Of a DNA stretch of 55,086 nt, positions 18,173-26,600 are shown piece by piece (position 1 is the first letter of the stretch; each line of letters starts with the position of its first letter). The notes under the pieces are model-generated. The model searched no databases. It was not told the DNA's origin and saw only the letters and a program-made list of their open reading frames with translations. This DNA is from Candidatus Woesearchaeota archaeon. GTDB lineage: Archaea > Nanobdellota > Nanobdellia > Pacearchaeales > GW2011-AR1. Position numbers and translations under genes: made by a program. Location: NCBI GenBank assembly GCA_964485325.1, contig CAZAIT010000002.1, forward strand, positions 1 to 55,086. Direction: 5' to 3'.

Positions 18173-18730
18173 ATGTTAACATTTAGTGATATTTACGAGG
18201 CAATGAGAAAGGAAAAGTATTCTGAAAATTTACAAATACTCTCAAAGGGGTTCTTGACTGACGTGTCTGAATATTTTAGAGAGAAAAAAGAATTTTTAAA
18301 TAAAGAAGATGATCTGTTTTCTGATATAGCCATCAAAAACAAGAAAAAATTAGATAATGCAATTTCTAGTTTTAGAGATTTGTTGAGAATTCGTAAGAAG
18401 AAGATTTTGAATCTTGCATTTGTTGCGTCACAGACTGGTATTTCTAAGAAAGATTTTGAAAATCTATTAGGGTTTGAGAAGGATTTGTTTGAAGAATTAG
18501 TTAAGAGTTTGGAGAGAGCCGATAAAAATCAGGTCGCGGATATGTCTGGATCTGTTAAAAATGAAATTAAGCATCGCCTAGTTAGATTCCTTGAAGATGT
18601 AGATGGATTTCTTGGTTTTGATGGGAACGATGTTGGTCCATTTAAGAAAAGTGAGATTGCTAATTTGGAAAAGGAAATAGTAGATATTCTTGAAAAAGAT
18701 AAAAAAGTTGAAGTTATTGATGAAGACTAG
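18173..18730 (+). CDS. GINS-like DNA replication complex subunit (Gins51-type), tentative
   Basis: The ATG at 18173 gives MLTFSDIYEAMRKEK...LQILSKGFL...LLRIRKKKILNLA, which resembles the archaeal GINS A-domain. The assignment is from memory of the family pattern. Confidence 0.45.
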   Translation: MLTFSDIYEAMRKEKYSENLQILSKGFLTDVSEYFREKKEFLNKEDDLFSDIAIKNKKKLDNAISSFRDLLRIRKKKILNLAFVASQTGISKKDFENLLGFEKDLFEELVKSLERADKNQVADMSGSVKNEIKHRLVRFLEDVDGFLGFDGNDVGPFKKSEIANLEKEIVDILEKDKKVEVIDED

Positions 18731-18766
18731 AAATACTTAAAAACTGATTTTTCAGTTATGATATAT

Positions 18767-18838
18767 GCCTGCGTAGCTCAGTGACAGAGCACCTGTCTTG
18801 TAAACAGGGGGTCGAGGGTTTAACTCCCTTCGCAGGCT
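18767..18838 (+). tRNA. tRNA-Thr (anticodon UGU)
   Basis: Acceptor GCCUGCG/CGCAGGC, D stem GCUC/GAGC, anticodon arm CCUGU-CUUGUAA-ACAGG, T arm GAGGG-UUUAACU-CCCUU. Confidence 0.8.
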
Positions 18839-18920
18839 TTGGTTGTTTGTCCTTTTAGGTTTCTTCTTCCTGTTTTTCTTGAATATAAAGACTTAAAAAC
18901 TAAAATTTCTCTTCATTATT

Positions 18921-19121
18921 ATGCCAAGCAGAAATAAACCAAAGCGACTTGATAGAAATAGATCTTGGAGAGTTGCTAGACGTAAGAGAAAGAGAAAGCT
19001 TTTGACTGAAGGTAATTCTAGAAACAGAAAACCAAGGCCAAAACACAAGGGTGTCGTTGCTAAAGTTATTGAAAAAGTAGTTGGGAAGAAAGAAGTTAAG
19101 ATAGTTGAAAAGAAAAAGTAA
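18921..19121 (+). CDS. very basic small protein (66 aa), uncertain
   Basis: MPSRNKPKRLDRNRSWRVARRKRKRK... There is no competing supported gene. The antisense 18900..19166 ORF is low-complexity. Confidence 0.3.
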   Translation: MPSRNKPKRLDRNRSWRVARRKRKRKLLTEGNSRNRKPRPKHKGVVAKVIEKVVGKKEVKIVEKKK

Positions 19122-19158
19122 TTTTATGTGTCTATTTTGAAGAAGTTTGTTTTTGATA

Positions 19159-19740
19159 TTAATCAAATTGATTATTCTGTGTTCTGTAATGAATAGTCTC
19201 TTCTGGTTTTTTGTAAGAATGAATTTCGTCTGGACTAAACCAAAAATCTATTTCTTTTTGAGCTTCTTCTGGGTCATCCGTAGCGTGAATTATTGTTATA
19301 TTAGGCCTGTTTGACCTGTTTGCTAAATCGAATGTATCGTGGGAGTAGTCTCCTCTGATTGTTCCGGGCCTTGCTTCGTCAATATTTGTTGGACCAGTTA
19401 GTCTTTTTACAGTCATTACCGCATTATGCCCTTCAAGAATTATGGCAATTATAGGTGAGACTTGCATATCTGTAATTAATCCTTCAGCAATACCTTTTCC
19501 TAACTTAATAGCATCTGTATCTTCTGGAAGATTTAATTTTTTCTTATAACGCTCTCCTGTTTTCTTCATCCATTCTTCATCTTTTTCATAATGTTTCTCT
19601 AAAACATCCCTCTGTGCCTGTACCATTTTTATGGCTACTATTTTTAATCCTACTCTTTCAAACCTTCTAAGAATTTCTCCGATAATCCCTCTTAGGACTC
19701 CATCAGGTTTAATCAAAACTAGTGTTTGTTGAGATGTCAT
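19159..19740 (-). CDS. ndk: nucleoside diphosphate kinase (with internal insertion)
   Basis: TLVLIKPDG, RGDYS and IIHATD motifs. At 193 aa it is about 40 aa longer than typical NDKs. Confidence 0.85.
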   Translation of the reverse strand: MTSQQTLVLIKPDGVLRGIIGEILRRFERVGLKIVAIKMVQAQRDVLEKHYEKDEEWMKKTGERYKKKLNLPEDTDAIKLGKGIAEGLITDMQVSPIIAIILEGHNAVMTVKRLTGPTNIDEARPGTIRGDYSHDTFDLANRSNRPNITIIHATDDPEEAQKEIDFWFSPDEIHSYKKPEETIHYRTQNNQFD

Positions 19741-20396
19741 TATTCCTTATCCTCAACTTTTTCTTCGGTTTCTACAATTTCTTCAATCTCATCATTTTCT
19801 TCTTCTTGAGTTGTTTCTTCTTGGACTATTCCCTCTTCTTCTACTGAAATTGCAGCTTCTTTCATATCTATATTAGCTAGTTCTTTAGTTTCAAATATTC
19901 TAATATCGCTGAATGAAAGTGGATAAACTTTTTTCAACTTTGGGAGCATTGTTTTTTGAAGTGTTCCATCTAAAATTTCGTTACAAACTTGGATGTAATT
20001 TCTTTCTTTAAGGTAGCCTAAAATAAATTCTCTTGCAGTGTTTCTTAAATTCTTTCTAACAGCCCTGGATACTTTTTTTCTAGTTATCAAAAGTGGTTTA
20101 ACTGTAACCTTAATATCTAAACATCTTGCTTGAAATGAATCTTCTACATAATCTGTTCTCTTCCTCATCATTCTTCTTATGTAAGAAGTTGAAAGTTCCA
20201 TATTATTTGGGAAGGCTATTAATTTTCCTTCTTGGTTAAAAATTCTTAATTTGATTGTTAACCCTTTCCCTCTTAGCTGTCTTGTTAAATCTAACTTTAT
20301 TGTTTTATTATGTAGGTTTTCTGCCGTTCCTAAAACTCTCATTGATGAATTTAAGATTGGAACTTCTACTTCAATATATCTTTTTCTTTCTGCCAT
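19740..20396 (-). CDS. rps3ae: ribosomal protein S3Ae
   Basis: IEVEVPIL...IKLDLTRQLRGK pattern, with an acidic C-terminal tail. Confidence 0.85.
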   Translation of the reverse strand: MAERKRYIEVEVPILNSSMRVLGTAENLHNKTIKLDLTRQLRGKGLTIKLRIFNQEGKLIAFPNNMELSTSYIRRMMRKRTDYVEDSFQARCLDIKVTVKPLLITRKKVSRAVRKNLRNTAREFILGYLKERNYIQVCNEILDGTLQKTMLPKLKKVYPLSFSDIRIFETKELANIDMKEAAISVEEEGIVQEETTQEEENDEIEEIVETEEKVEDKE

Positions 20397-20397
20397 T

Positions 20398-20700
20398 TTA
20401 TTCTATTACCAATTTAGACGTTCGTTTGCCTTTCTTTTGGTCTTTGCCCTTTTTACATTCTGAGCAAGTGTAAACGATCGCTGTTTTTTTAGTTGTCTTT
20501 CTTTGTCCTTTTGCCTGATTCTTCATACGAGAGAAACGTCCTTTGTTTCCTATTCCTCTATTTAATCCTCTAAGTCTTGCTCTTTGCTTTGATCCTCTTT
20601 TTAAGGTGCTAGGCCTACCTGTACTTTGTTGTTTGACTTTCTGTTCTGTCTTTTTTCTACAGTATGGGCAGTATCTGTTAATTTTCTTTGGGATTTTCAT
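20398..20700 (-). CDS. rpl44e: ribosomal protein L44e
   Basis: YCPYCRKKTEQKV ... YTCSECKK zinc-ribbon pairs in a highly basic protein. Confidence 0.85.
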   Translation of the reverse strand: MKIPKKINRYCPYCRKKTEQKVKQQSTGRPSTLKRGSKQRARLRGLNRGIGNKGRFSRMKNQAKGQRKTTKKTAIVYTCSECKKGKDQKKGKRTSKLVIE

Positions 20701-20788
20701 ATCAATAGTTTTGAAATTCGCCTTTTAAAGTTTGTCATTGTATGGTCCCGCAGTTATTTTTATAAAGACAGTATTCTTTTTCATAGAC

Positions 20789-21073
20789 ATGAGAAGAATC
20801 AGATTTGAGGAGAGGGAGCAAAGGGAATTTTTAGACTTAGTAATAGAGAAATTAAATTCTCCTTCGCTAAGAGGTATTTTGCAATTTGGATTTGTCGTTC
20901 CATATTCTACATTAAAAAATTATTACAATGAGTTGCGATTATTACCAGAAGGTCTTTTCAATGATCTCTGTGAAGTGGCTAGAATTGATAAGGAGAGTTT
21001 GGATTTTGAGTTGGTTGATGATAATTGGGGAAAGGTTCGGGGTGGGCGAGTTAGTAAGCGGAGTTCCATTTAG
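20789..21073 (+). CDS. hypothetical HTH-like protein (94 aa), possibly truncated
   Basis: The ATG at 20789 gives MRRIRFEEREQREFLDLV... Its 3' end overlaps the convergent HIT-like gene by 23 nt. Confidence 0.35.
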   Translation: MRRIRFEEREQREFLDLVIEKLNSPSLRGILQFGFVVPYSTLKNYYNELRLLPEGLFNDLCEVARIDKESLDFELVDDNWGKVRGGRVSKRSSI

Positions 21074-21533
21074 AGCCAGAAAATTTTTTGGACTGAAGAG
21101 ATGTTTCGATTAGTTCTTTTATTATTTTGACATCTTGTTTGTTAAGTGGTTTAAATTCATTATAGAATCCGCTTTCTCTTTTGGGCAGGTAGACTGCTTC
21201 TGGGAAAACTTGTTTTTTCGCGTTTTTGGAGCGACCGAAAATATGAATATGTAGATATGGCGATTCGTTTTTTTTGAATGCCCAGTTTCCATTGTCTTGG
21301 TAGTTTACCTTTACAACTTGTATTCCTTGTTTGTTCATGCCCTTTTCTAGTGAATCTCCTGTTATGATAGTCAGTTTCATTAGTTCAATAGCTTGTTCTG
21401 AGTTGAGCTTGGTTCTGTCTGTAATTGATTTATCTTTTACTCTTATTCTAATGTGTCCTCCCTCTTCTCTAGAGATGAATGGCTCTTCGCGAGATTCTAT
21501 AATAAAATTTTTTGATTCGTGTATGATTGCCAT
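21051..21533 (-). CDS. HIT-like (histidine triad superfamily) protein, tentative
   Basis: The YLHIHIFGR segment resembles the HxHxHxx triad but has only two His residues. Confidence 0.4.
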   Translation of the reverse strand: MAIIHESKNFIIESREEPFISREEGGHIRIRVKDKSITDRTKLNSEQAIELMKLTIITGDSLEKGMNKQGIQVVKVNYQDNGNWAFKKNESPYLHIHIFGRSKNAKKQVFPEAVYLPKRESGFYNEFKPLNKQDVKIIKELIETSLQSKKFSGSKWNSAY

Positions 21534-21545
21534 GTTTCTTGTTTA

Positions 21546-21616
21546 TGATCCCACCAAGAATTGGACTTGGGTTTCATCGAAGTCAACGATGCGTTCTACC
21601 ATTATACTATGGGATC
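21546..21616 (-). tRNA. tRNA-Val(GAC)-like gene with non-canonical T loop
   Basis: Hand-folded: acceptor GAUCCCA/UGGGAUC (7 bp), anticodon arm CAUCG-UUGACUU-CGAUG, T arm CCAAG-UCCAAUU-CUUGG. The D stem is weak (G-C, U-A, A.A, U.G) and position 55 is C. Confidence 0.5.
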
Positions 21617-21727
21617 ATAGATTTGAATGGAATTTATTATTTTTATTAGTGTTCTTAGTAAGTTAGTTACTTAGTAAGTTAGTTAGGAATATTTATATAG
21701 TAAATACATTTTGTAATTTCAAGTTAC

Positions 21728-21859
21728 ATGAAAAAATATTTACTTCTAGTAGAGGATGAAGAACTTTGGGGAAGGTTTAAACAGAGTATACAAAAGGATA
21801 TTAATAGTGAAATTTTGGAATTAATTAAGGAGAAAATAAATAATGCAGTCAAAGATTAA
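21728..21859 (+). CDS. small protein (43 aa), possible ribbon-helix-helix type, not in ORF track
   Basis: Hand translation MKKYLLLVEDEELWGRFKQSIQKDINSEILELIKEKINNAVKD. A TATA-like TTTATATA lies about 30 nt upstream. It overlaps the next gene by 17 nt. Confidence 0.3.
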   Translation: MKKYLLLVEDEELWGRFKQSIQKDINSEILELIKEKINNAVKD

Positions 21860-23693
21860 TAAGAGAGGGCAGGTGACGATTTTTATTATCGTTGCGATAG
21901 TTATAGTTGGCGGGATTATTGCATATTTTAGTTTTAAAGATAATTTTAAACAAAGCATACCATCAGATATGGAACCTGTTTATGATTATTATATTTCTTG
22001 TTTGGAAGCTAGTACGGAACAGGGGATAAAACTTCTTGGGGAGCAGGGAGGTTACATTGATTTACCAGACTTTGAACCAGGTTCACCACATATTCCATTT
22101 TCCTCGCAATTGAGTTTCTTTGGGCAGGCGGTTCCTTATTGGATGTATGTTTCCGGTAATAACTTTTTGAAAGAACAGGTTCCTAGTAAACAAACAATGG
22201 AAACTCAGTTGAATAATTACGTAAATGAAAGATTGACTGATTGTGACTTTGAAGATTTTGAAAAAATGGGATATAGTGTTTATATAGAAGAGGGGGAGAC
22301 AAGTGCTACAATAAATAATTTAGATGTTGAGCTGAATGTAAAAAACAAAATGACTATTTTTAAAGGAGATACTTCTATAATTATTGATAATCACGAGTTC
22401 TCTCTGGGAAGTAAGTTAGGGAAATTTTATGATATGGCCATCAAAGTTTATGATCATGAGAAATCTGATATGTTTTTAGAAAAATATGCTTTAGATGTTA
22501 TGAGATTATACGCCCCTGTTGATGGAGTTGAATTGGGATGTGCTCCTAAGCTTTTTATTGATGAAGATATTAGAAAAGATTTATACGAAGGGCTTGAATT
22601 GAATATGAATTCTATTAAACTTGATGGCGACTATTATAAACTATCTTCGCAAGAAAGAGAATATTTTGTAAGTGATGTTGGATTTCAAGTGGATGAAAAT
22701 GTTAACATTATGTATAACCCTACTTGGCCTACTAAGATTGAGATATATGGAGATAAAATTGTTAAACCGGTTGGTGTTCAACCAGGATTATCTGCTCTTG
22801 GGTTTTGCTATACTCCATATCATTTAGTTTATGATATAAGTTTCCCTGTGATGATTCAGTTTTATGATACTGAAAACTTTTTCCAATTCCCTGTAGGTGT
22901 TGTTATAGATAACAGCCAGGCTCGTGAAGCATTGCCTTCCAATTTTGGAAGTGTTAGTATGGAAAATGAAGTTTGTCGTTATAAGAATTCTGATATTAAC
23001 ATATATACTTATGATAGTGAGTTAATTCCAGTTGAAGCAAGAATCCAATTTAAATGTCTTGACTCAATTTGTGAAGTTGGAAGTACAAAAGTAGATAATG
23101 GAGATGCAATTTATAGTGGAGGAATTCCTCAATGCGTAAATGGATTTATTATGGCCAGTGCGGAAGGATATTTGACAAGCAAGTTTGAAATTTCTACAAA
23201 TAGTGAGGACGTTGCAAATATTATTCTGAAAAAAGAATATGATGTTGATTTAGATATGGGAGAAATAGACAAGATGGTGGTTGTTAATTTTGTTGGAGAA
23301 GATTATTCTACTACAGTAGTTTATCCAGGAACAGAGAGTGTTAGATTAGTAGAGGGAGAATATGAAATCAGTGCTTATGTTTATGAAAATTCAACTTTAG
23401 AACTTGAAGGATATAATAAAAGGATGTGTGTTGATGTTCCAGCTAGTGGAGCTGGTGGTTTGATTGGATTAGAAGAGGAAAAATGTTACGATGTTGATGT
23501 TCCAGCTATGCAAATTGATATGGCAGTGATAGGTGGTGGGCAATCTAACGAATATATCGCTGAGAGTATGCTACAAGATTCTACAAAATTAAAACTAAAT
23601 ATACCATTGTTTGATAAGCCCAATTCTCTTGAAGATTTACAAAAAAATTATGAAGAAGTCGAGAATTCAATCATATTTATGGAGTTTGAGTAA
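21843..23693 (+). CDS. large class III signal peptide (pilin-like head) protein, 616 aa
   Basis: N-terminus MQSKINKRG/QVTIFIIVAIVIVGGIIAYF. The remainder has no motif I recognise. Confidence 0.6.
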   Translation: MQSKINKRGQVTIFIIVAIVIVGGIIAYFSFKDNFKQSIPSDMEPVYDYYISCLEASTEQGIKLLGEQGGYIDLPDFEPGSPHIPFSSQLSFFGQAVPYWMYVSGNNFLKEQVPSKQTMETQLNNYVNERLTDCDFEDFEKMGYSVYIEEGETSATINNLDVELNVKNKMTIFKGDTSIIIDNHEFSLGSKLGKFYDMAIKVYDHEKSDMFLEKYALDVMRLYAPVDGVELGCAPKLFIDEDIRKDLYEGLELNMNSIKLDGDYYKLSSQEREYFVSDVGFQVDENVNIMYNPTWPTKIEIYGDKIVKPVGVQPGLSALGFCYTPYHLVYDISFPVMIQFYDTENFFQFPVGVVIDNSQAREALPSNFGSVSMENEVCRYKNSDINIYTYDSELIPVEARIQFKCLDSICEVGSTKVDNGDAIYSGGIPQCVNGFIMASAEGYLTSKFEISTNSEDVANIILKKEYDVDLDMGEIDKMVVVNFVGEDYSTTVVYPGTESVRLVEGEYEISAYVYENSTLELEGYNKRMCVDVPASGAGGLIGLEEEKCYDVDVPAMQIDMAVIGGGQSNEYIAESMLQDSTKLKLNIPLFDKPNSLEDLQKNYEEVENSIIFMEFE

Positions 23694-26600
23694 TGAAATC
23701 GTTTAGATTATTTATTACGTTATTTTTTGTTCTTGCTAGTTTTACTTGTATTGTATCAGCATTTACTAATCCTTCTGCAAGTAATAACTTTGCTTCGACG
23801 ACAAGTGATTGGCAAAGTAGTAGTCCGACTTTCGATGATTATTATAGAGGTTCTACAGATAGTTATTGGCCTATTTTAAATAATTTAGAAAATGATAAAT
23901 GTGATTCTGTAGCTAGTGATTTTATAGTTACTATCCCTATTGGAGGATGTTCACCTTCTGTTGTTCGAAGTGATTTATTGGCTGAACAAAATGTTCCAGT
24001 GTTCTGTCAACTATCTGCTATTAGAGTTAACCCATTGATTGATGTTTCAACTATTAAGAGTATTTCATTTAAAGGAGATTATCCAAAAGAGGTTGCTGGT
24101 ATTAGTTTTCATCCTGCACGTGCAGCTACGAGTAGCTCTAAAACATTATTAGGAAAACCTATAGAAGAGAATATTGGGTATGTTGTAATAGTTTTAAAGA
24201 AGCAATCAAATGAGGTGAATTTAACAGATATTATTAGAGGCAATTTGACAGCTACTATTAAATACGATTCGCGAAGTTCTTTTGGGACAGGAGCGGGTGA
24301 ATATTACCTAGAGCCTGTTAGCGATATTGAGTGGGCTAGGACTGCGGACTATTCTTCTTTCTGGGGAGGAAAAGGTTATTTACGTTTGAAAAATGTTTAT
24401 TCTGATAGTGCAACGATTGATGTTTTGACCAATCAAGATGATACGTATCAAACAGTTACATTGAAAGAGGGAGAGACTAGTTCTCCTCTTTATTATCCTG
24501 GGCAATATTGTACGAGTGCTTTGAAAATGAAGTTAAACAAAATTGACAATAGTGAAGATATGGTCAAGATTGATGTGGATGGAAATACTTTCTGGGTTAG
24601 AAAGGGGAGTAAGCTTCTCAACGGAAAATGTACTGTTACGGAATTAAATTTAATCGCTGATGAGGGTGGAGCGGAAATCAGTATTAGTTGTTCTGGAAAT
24701 AGTGTTTTAGATTTAGAGCTAACTAGAAATGAAGGGAATATTGTTAACAAAGAATACGAAAAAAGTTCAAGTATTCCAAAATATATGAACCTAGCAGAAG
24801 ATAGCGTTATAGATTTAATTGATAATTTTCCTATAGATAAAAAAGAAGATGGAGGTTACTGGGGAGAAGACGCTTTATATAATCAAATTAAATTATCTGG
24901 AGATGTTGGCGATATAGAGATGCAAAACAGTTTGATTGATAGGTTTTTAGAAATTTATCCCGAGAGCTCTCATTATGAATCTATCAGGGCTTTAAAAGTA
25001 AGGATAGGAGAGTATGATTACAGTTATGCTTCTAGAAGGTTGGTTATAAATAATGATAATTATAATATTCGTCTTGATGGGTTTAGAAAAGGTGAAGAGA
25101 ATACCAATAATGTCAGTGTTAGAATTGGAGGGGAAGATGTCAAAGTTCTTTTCGACAAAAAATCTTATAATGAGAATGGAGAAGAAATAAGTGATGACAG
25201 GTTTCCTAGGATAACTGTAGTGGATATTGATAGTTTGAGTTCCGAATTTAAATATGAGTGGAAAGAAGGTAAGGAAACGATTGAAAAAACTTTCGCGATA
25301 GATGTGGGCGATTATTCTAGTATCGGAAGAAAACGGATTTCTGTTTTGGATACTAGTGTTAGGGAAGTTGCTTATATTAGTTTAAGTCCCGTAAATTTAG
25401 ACTCAAAAACGGAAGCTAATTTTACATTTAATATTGACGTTGAAAAGCGAGCTTTTGAATTAACTCCTGAGAAGGCTAGAAACAAGTTAGATATTTTAAA
25501 CGATAGTATTAATGAATGGGAGGACAAACTTGAAACTCTTGGTAATATAGTTAAAGGAACTAAGGCTGCATGCCTTGTTACAAGTGGTGTTTTAATGCTA
25601 AAAAATACCATCTCTGGATTTAGCGGTGAAGGATTAGCTAGAGAAAAGGTTATGGATTTATATGAGAATAAATGTAAAATAGAAGGTGCTATTTCTTCCT
25701 CGGAGTTACATAGGTGTTATAGTGAAAATTCTACAGAGATTGAGCAGGCGGTTAAGGAATATGGAGCAAGTATTGATAAGGTAAACGATAAGGTAAAATG
25801 TGCGAAAACCTCTGATACGGTTAGTGATGGTTTTTTAGATAGTCAGGTTGTTGACACGAGTAAATATGTTGATAACTTGGCGAAATGTACTGGGATAAGT
25901 TCTAGTTGGGGGGGGTATAAACTTGGAAATATAACTGTTCAGAAAGAAGATTTAGTTGATGCGAGTGATTATAGTGCTGTTTTGTTAAAAGAGGAAGTTT
26001 GTAAATCTGATAGTGATACCTCAGATATTTGTAAGATGGCTACAGAGGCAATGGAAAAGGCTTTGCTTGATAATATAGTTGATATTAATATTGAGAGACT
26101 AAGAAATGAATCAAAAGAAAAGACTGGACTAGAGCTTAGTTTCACAAATTTAAATCCTGATGCTCAATTGGTTTATTATGAAAATGTACCTAAAGATATT
26201 CTTTTATCGGATGGAAGTTACATGAAAGAGGGTGCTAAATATTCTGGGGTGAATTATAACGGACTTAATTACGTTGTTACTTTAGTAGATAATGACGTAG
26301 TAAAAAATGTTTATTCGTATGACAATGGTGAGTTAAAAAAAGTAGAAAATGTAACTGTTAAGAATGGTATTTCTACATCAACTAAATTTATACCTAGTTC
26401 TTCTGAACTTTGTTCAAATACGATGATTAGTCCGTACGTTAGATATTATGAGTCTCAAAATCAGCAAGGATTTGTGGCAGTAGTTCCCCTTGACATTAAT
26501 AATGGGTGGTACGTTCATGTAGATGCAAATGATTATAGTGACGCTGGAGTTGCAAATGCTTTTCATGTTTGTAATGTGGGAAAAGACGGAATTATTGATA

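Noticed and set aside
18900-19166. 88-aa minus-strand ORF
   Set aside because: The translation is low-complexity (N/F/L-rich). It competes with the plus-strand basic ORF and overlaps the ndk 3' end.
21331-21666. 111-aa plus-strand ORF
   Set aside because: Its first half is antisense to the HIT-like gene, and the rest covers the tRNA-Val-like cloverleaf.
21655-21690. Short tandem repeat (c)ttagtaagttagtta x2, considered as a possible CRISPR or other repeat array
   Set aside because: There are only two short adjacent copies, with no spacers and no cas genes. I found no CRISPR array anywhere in the window.
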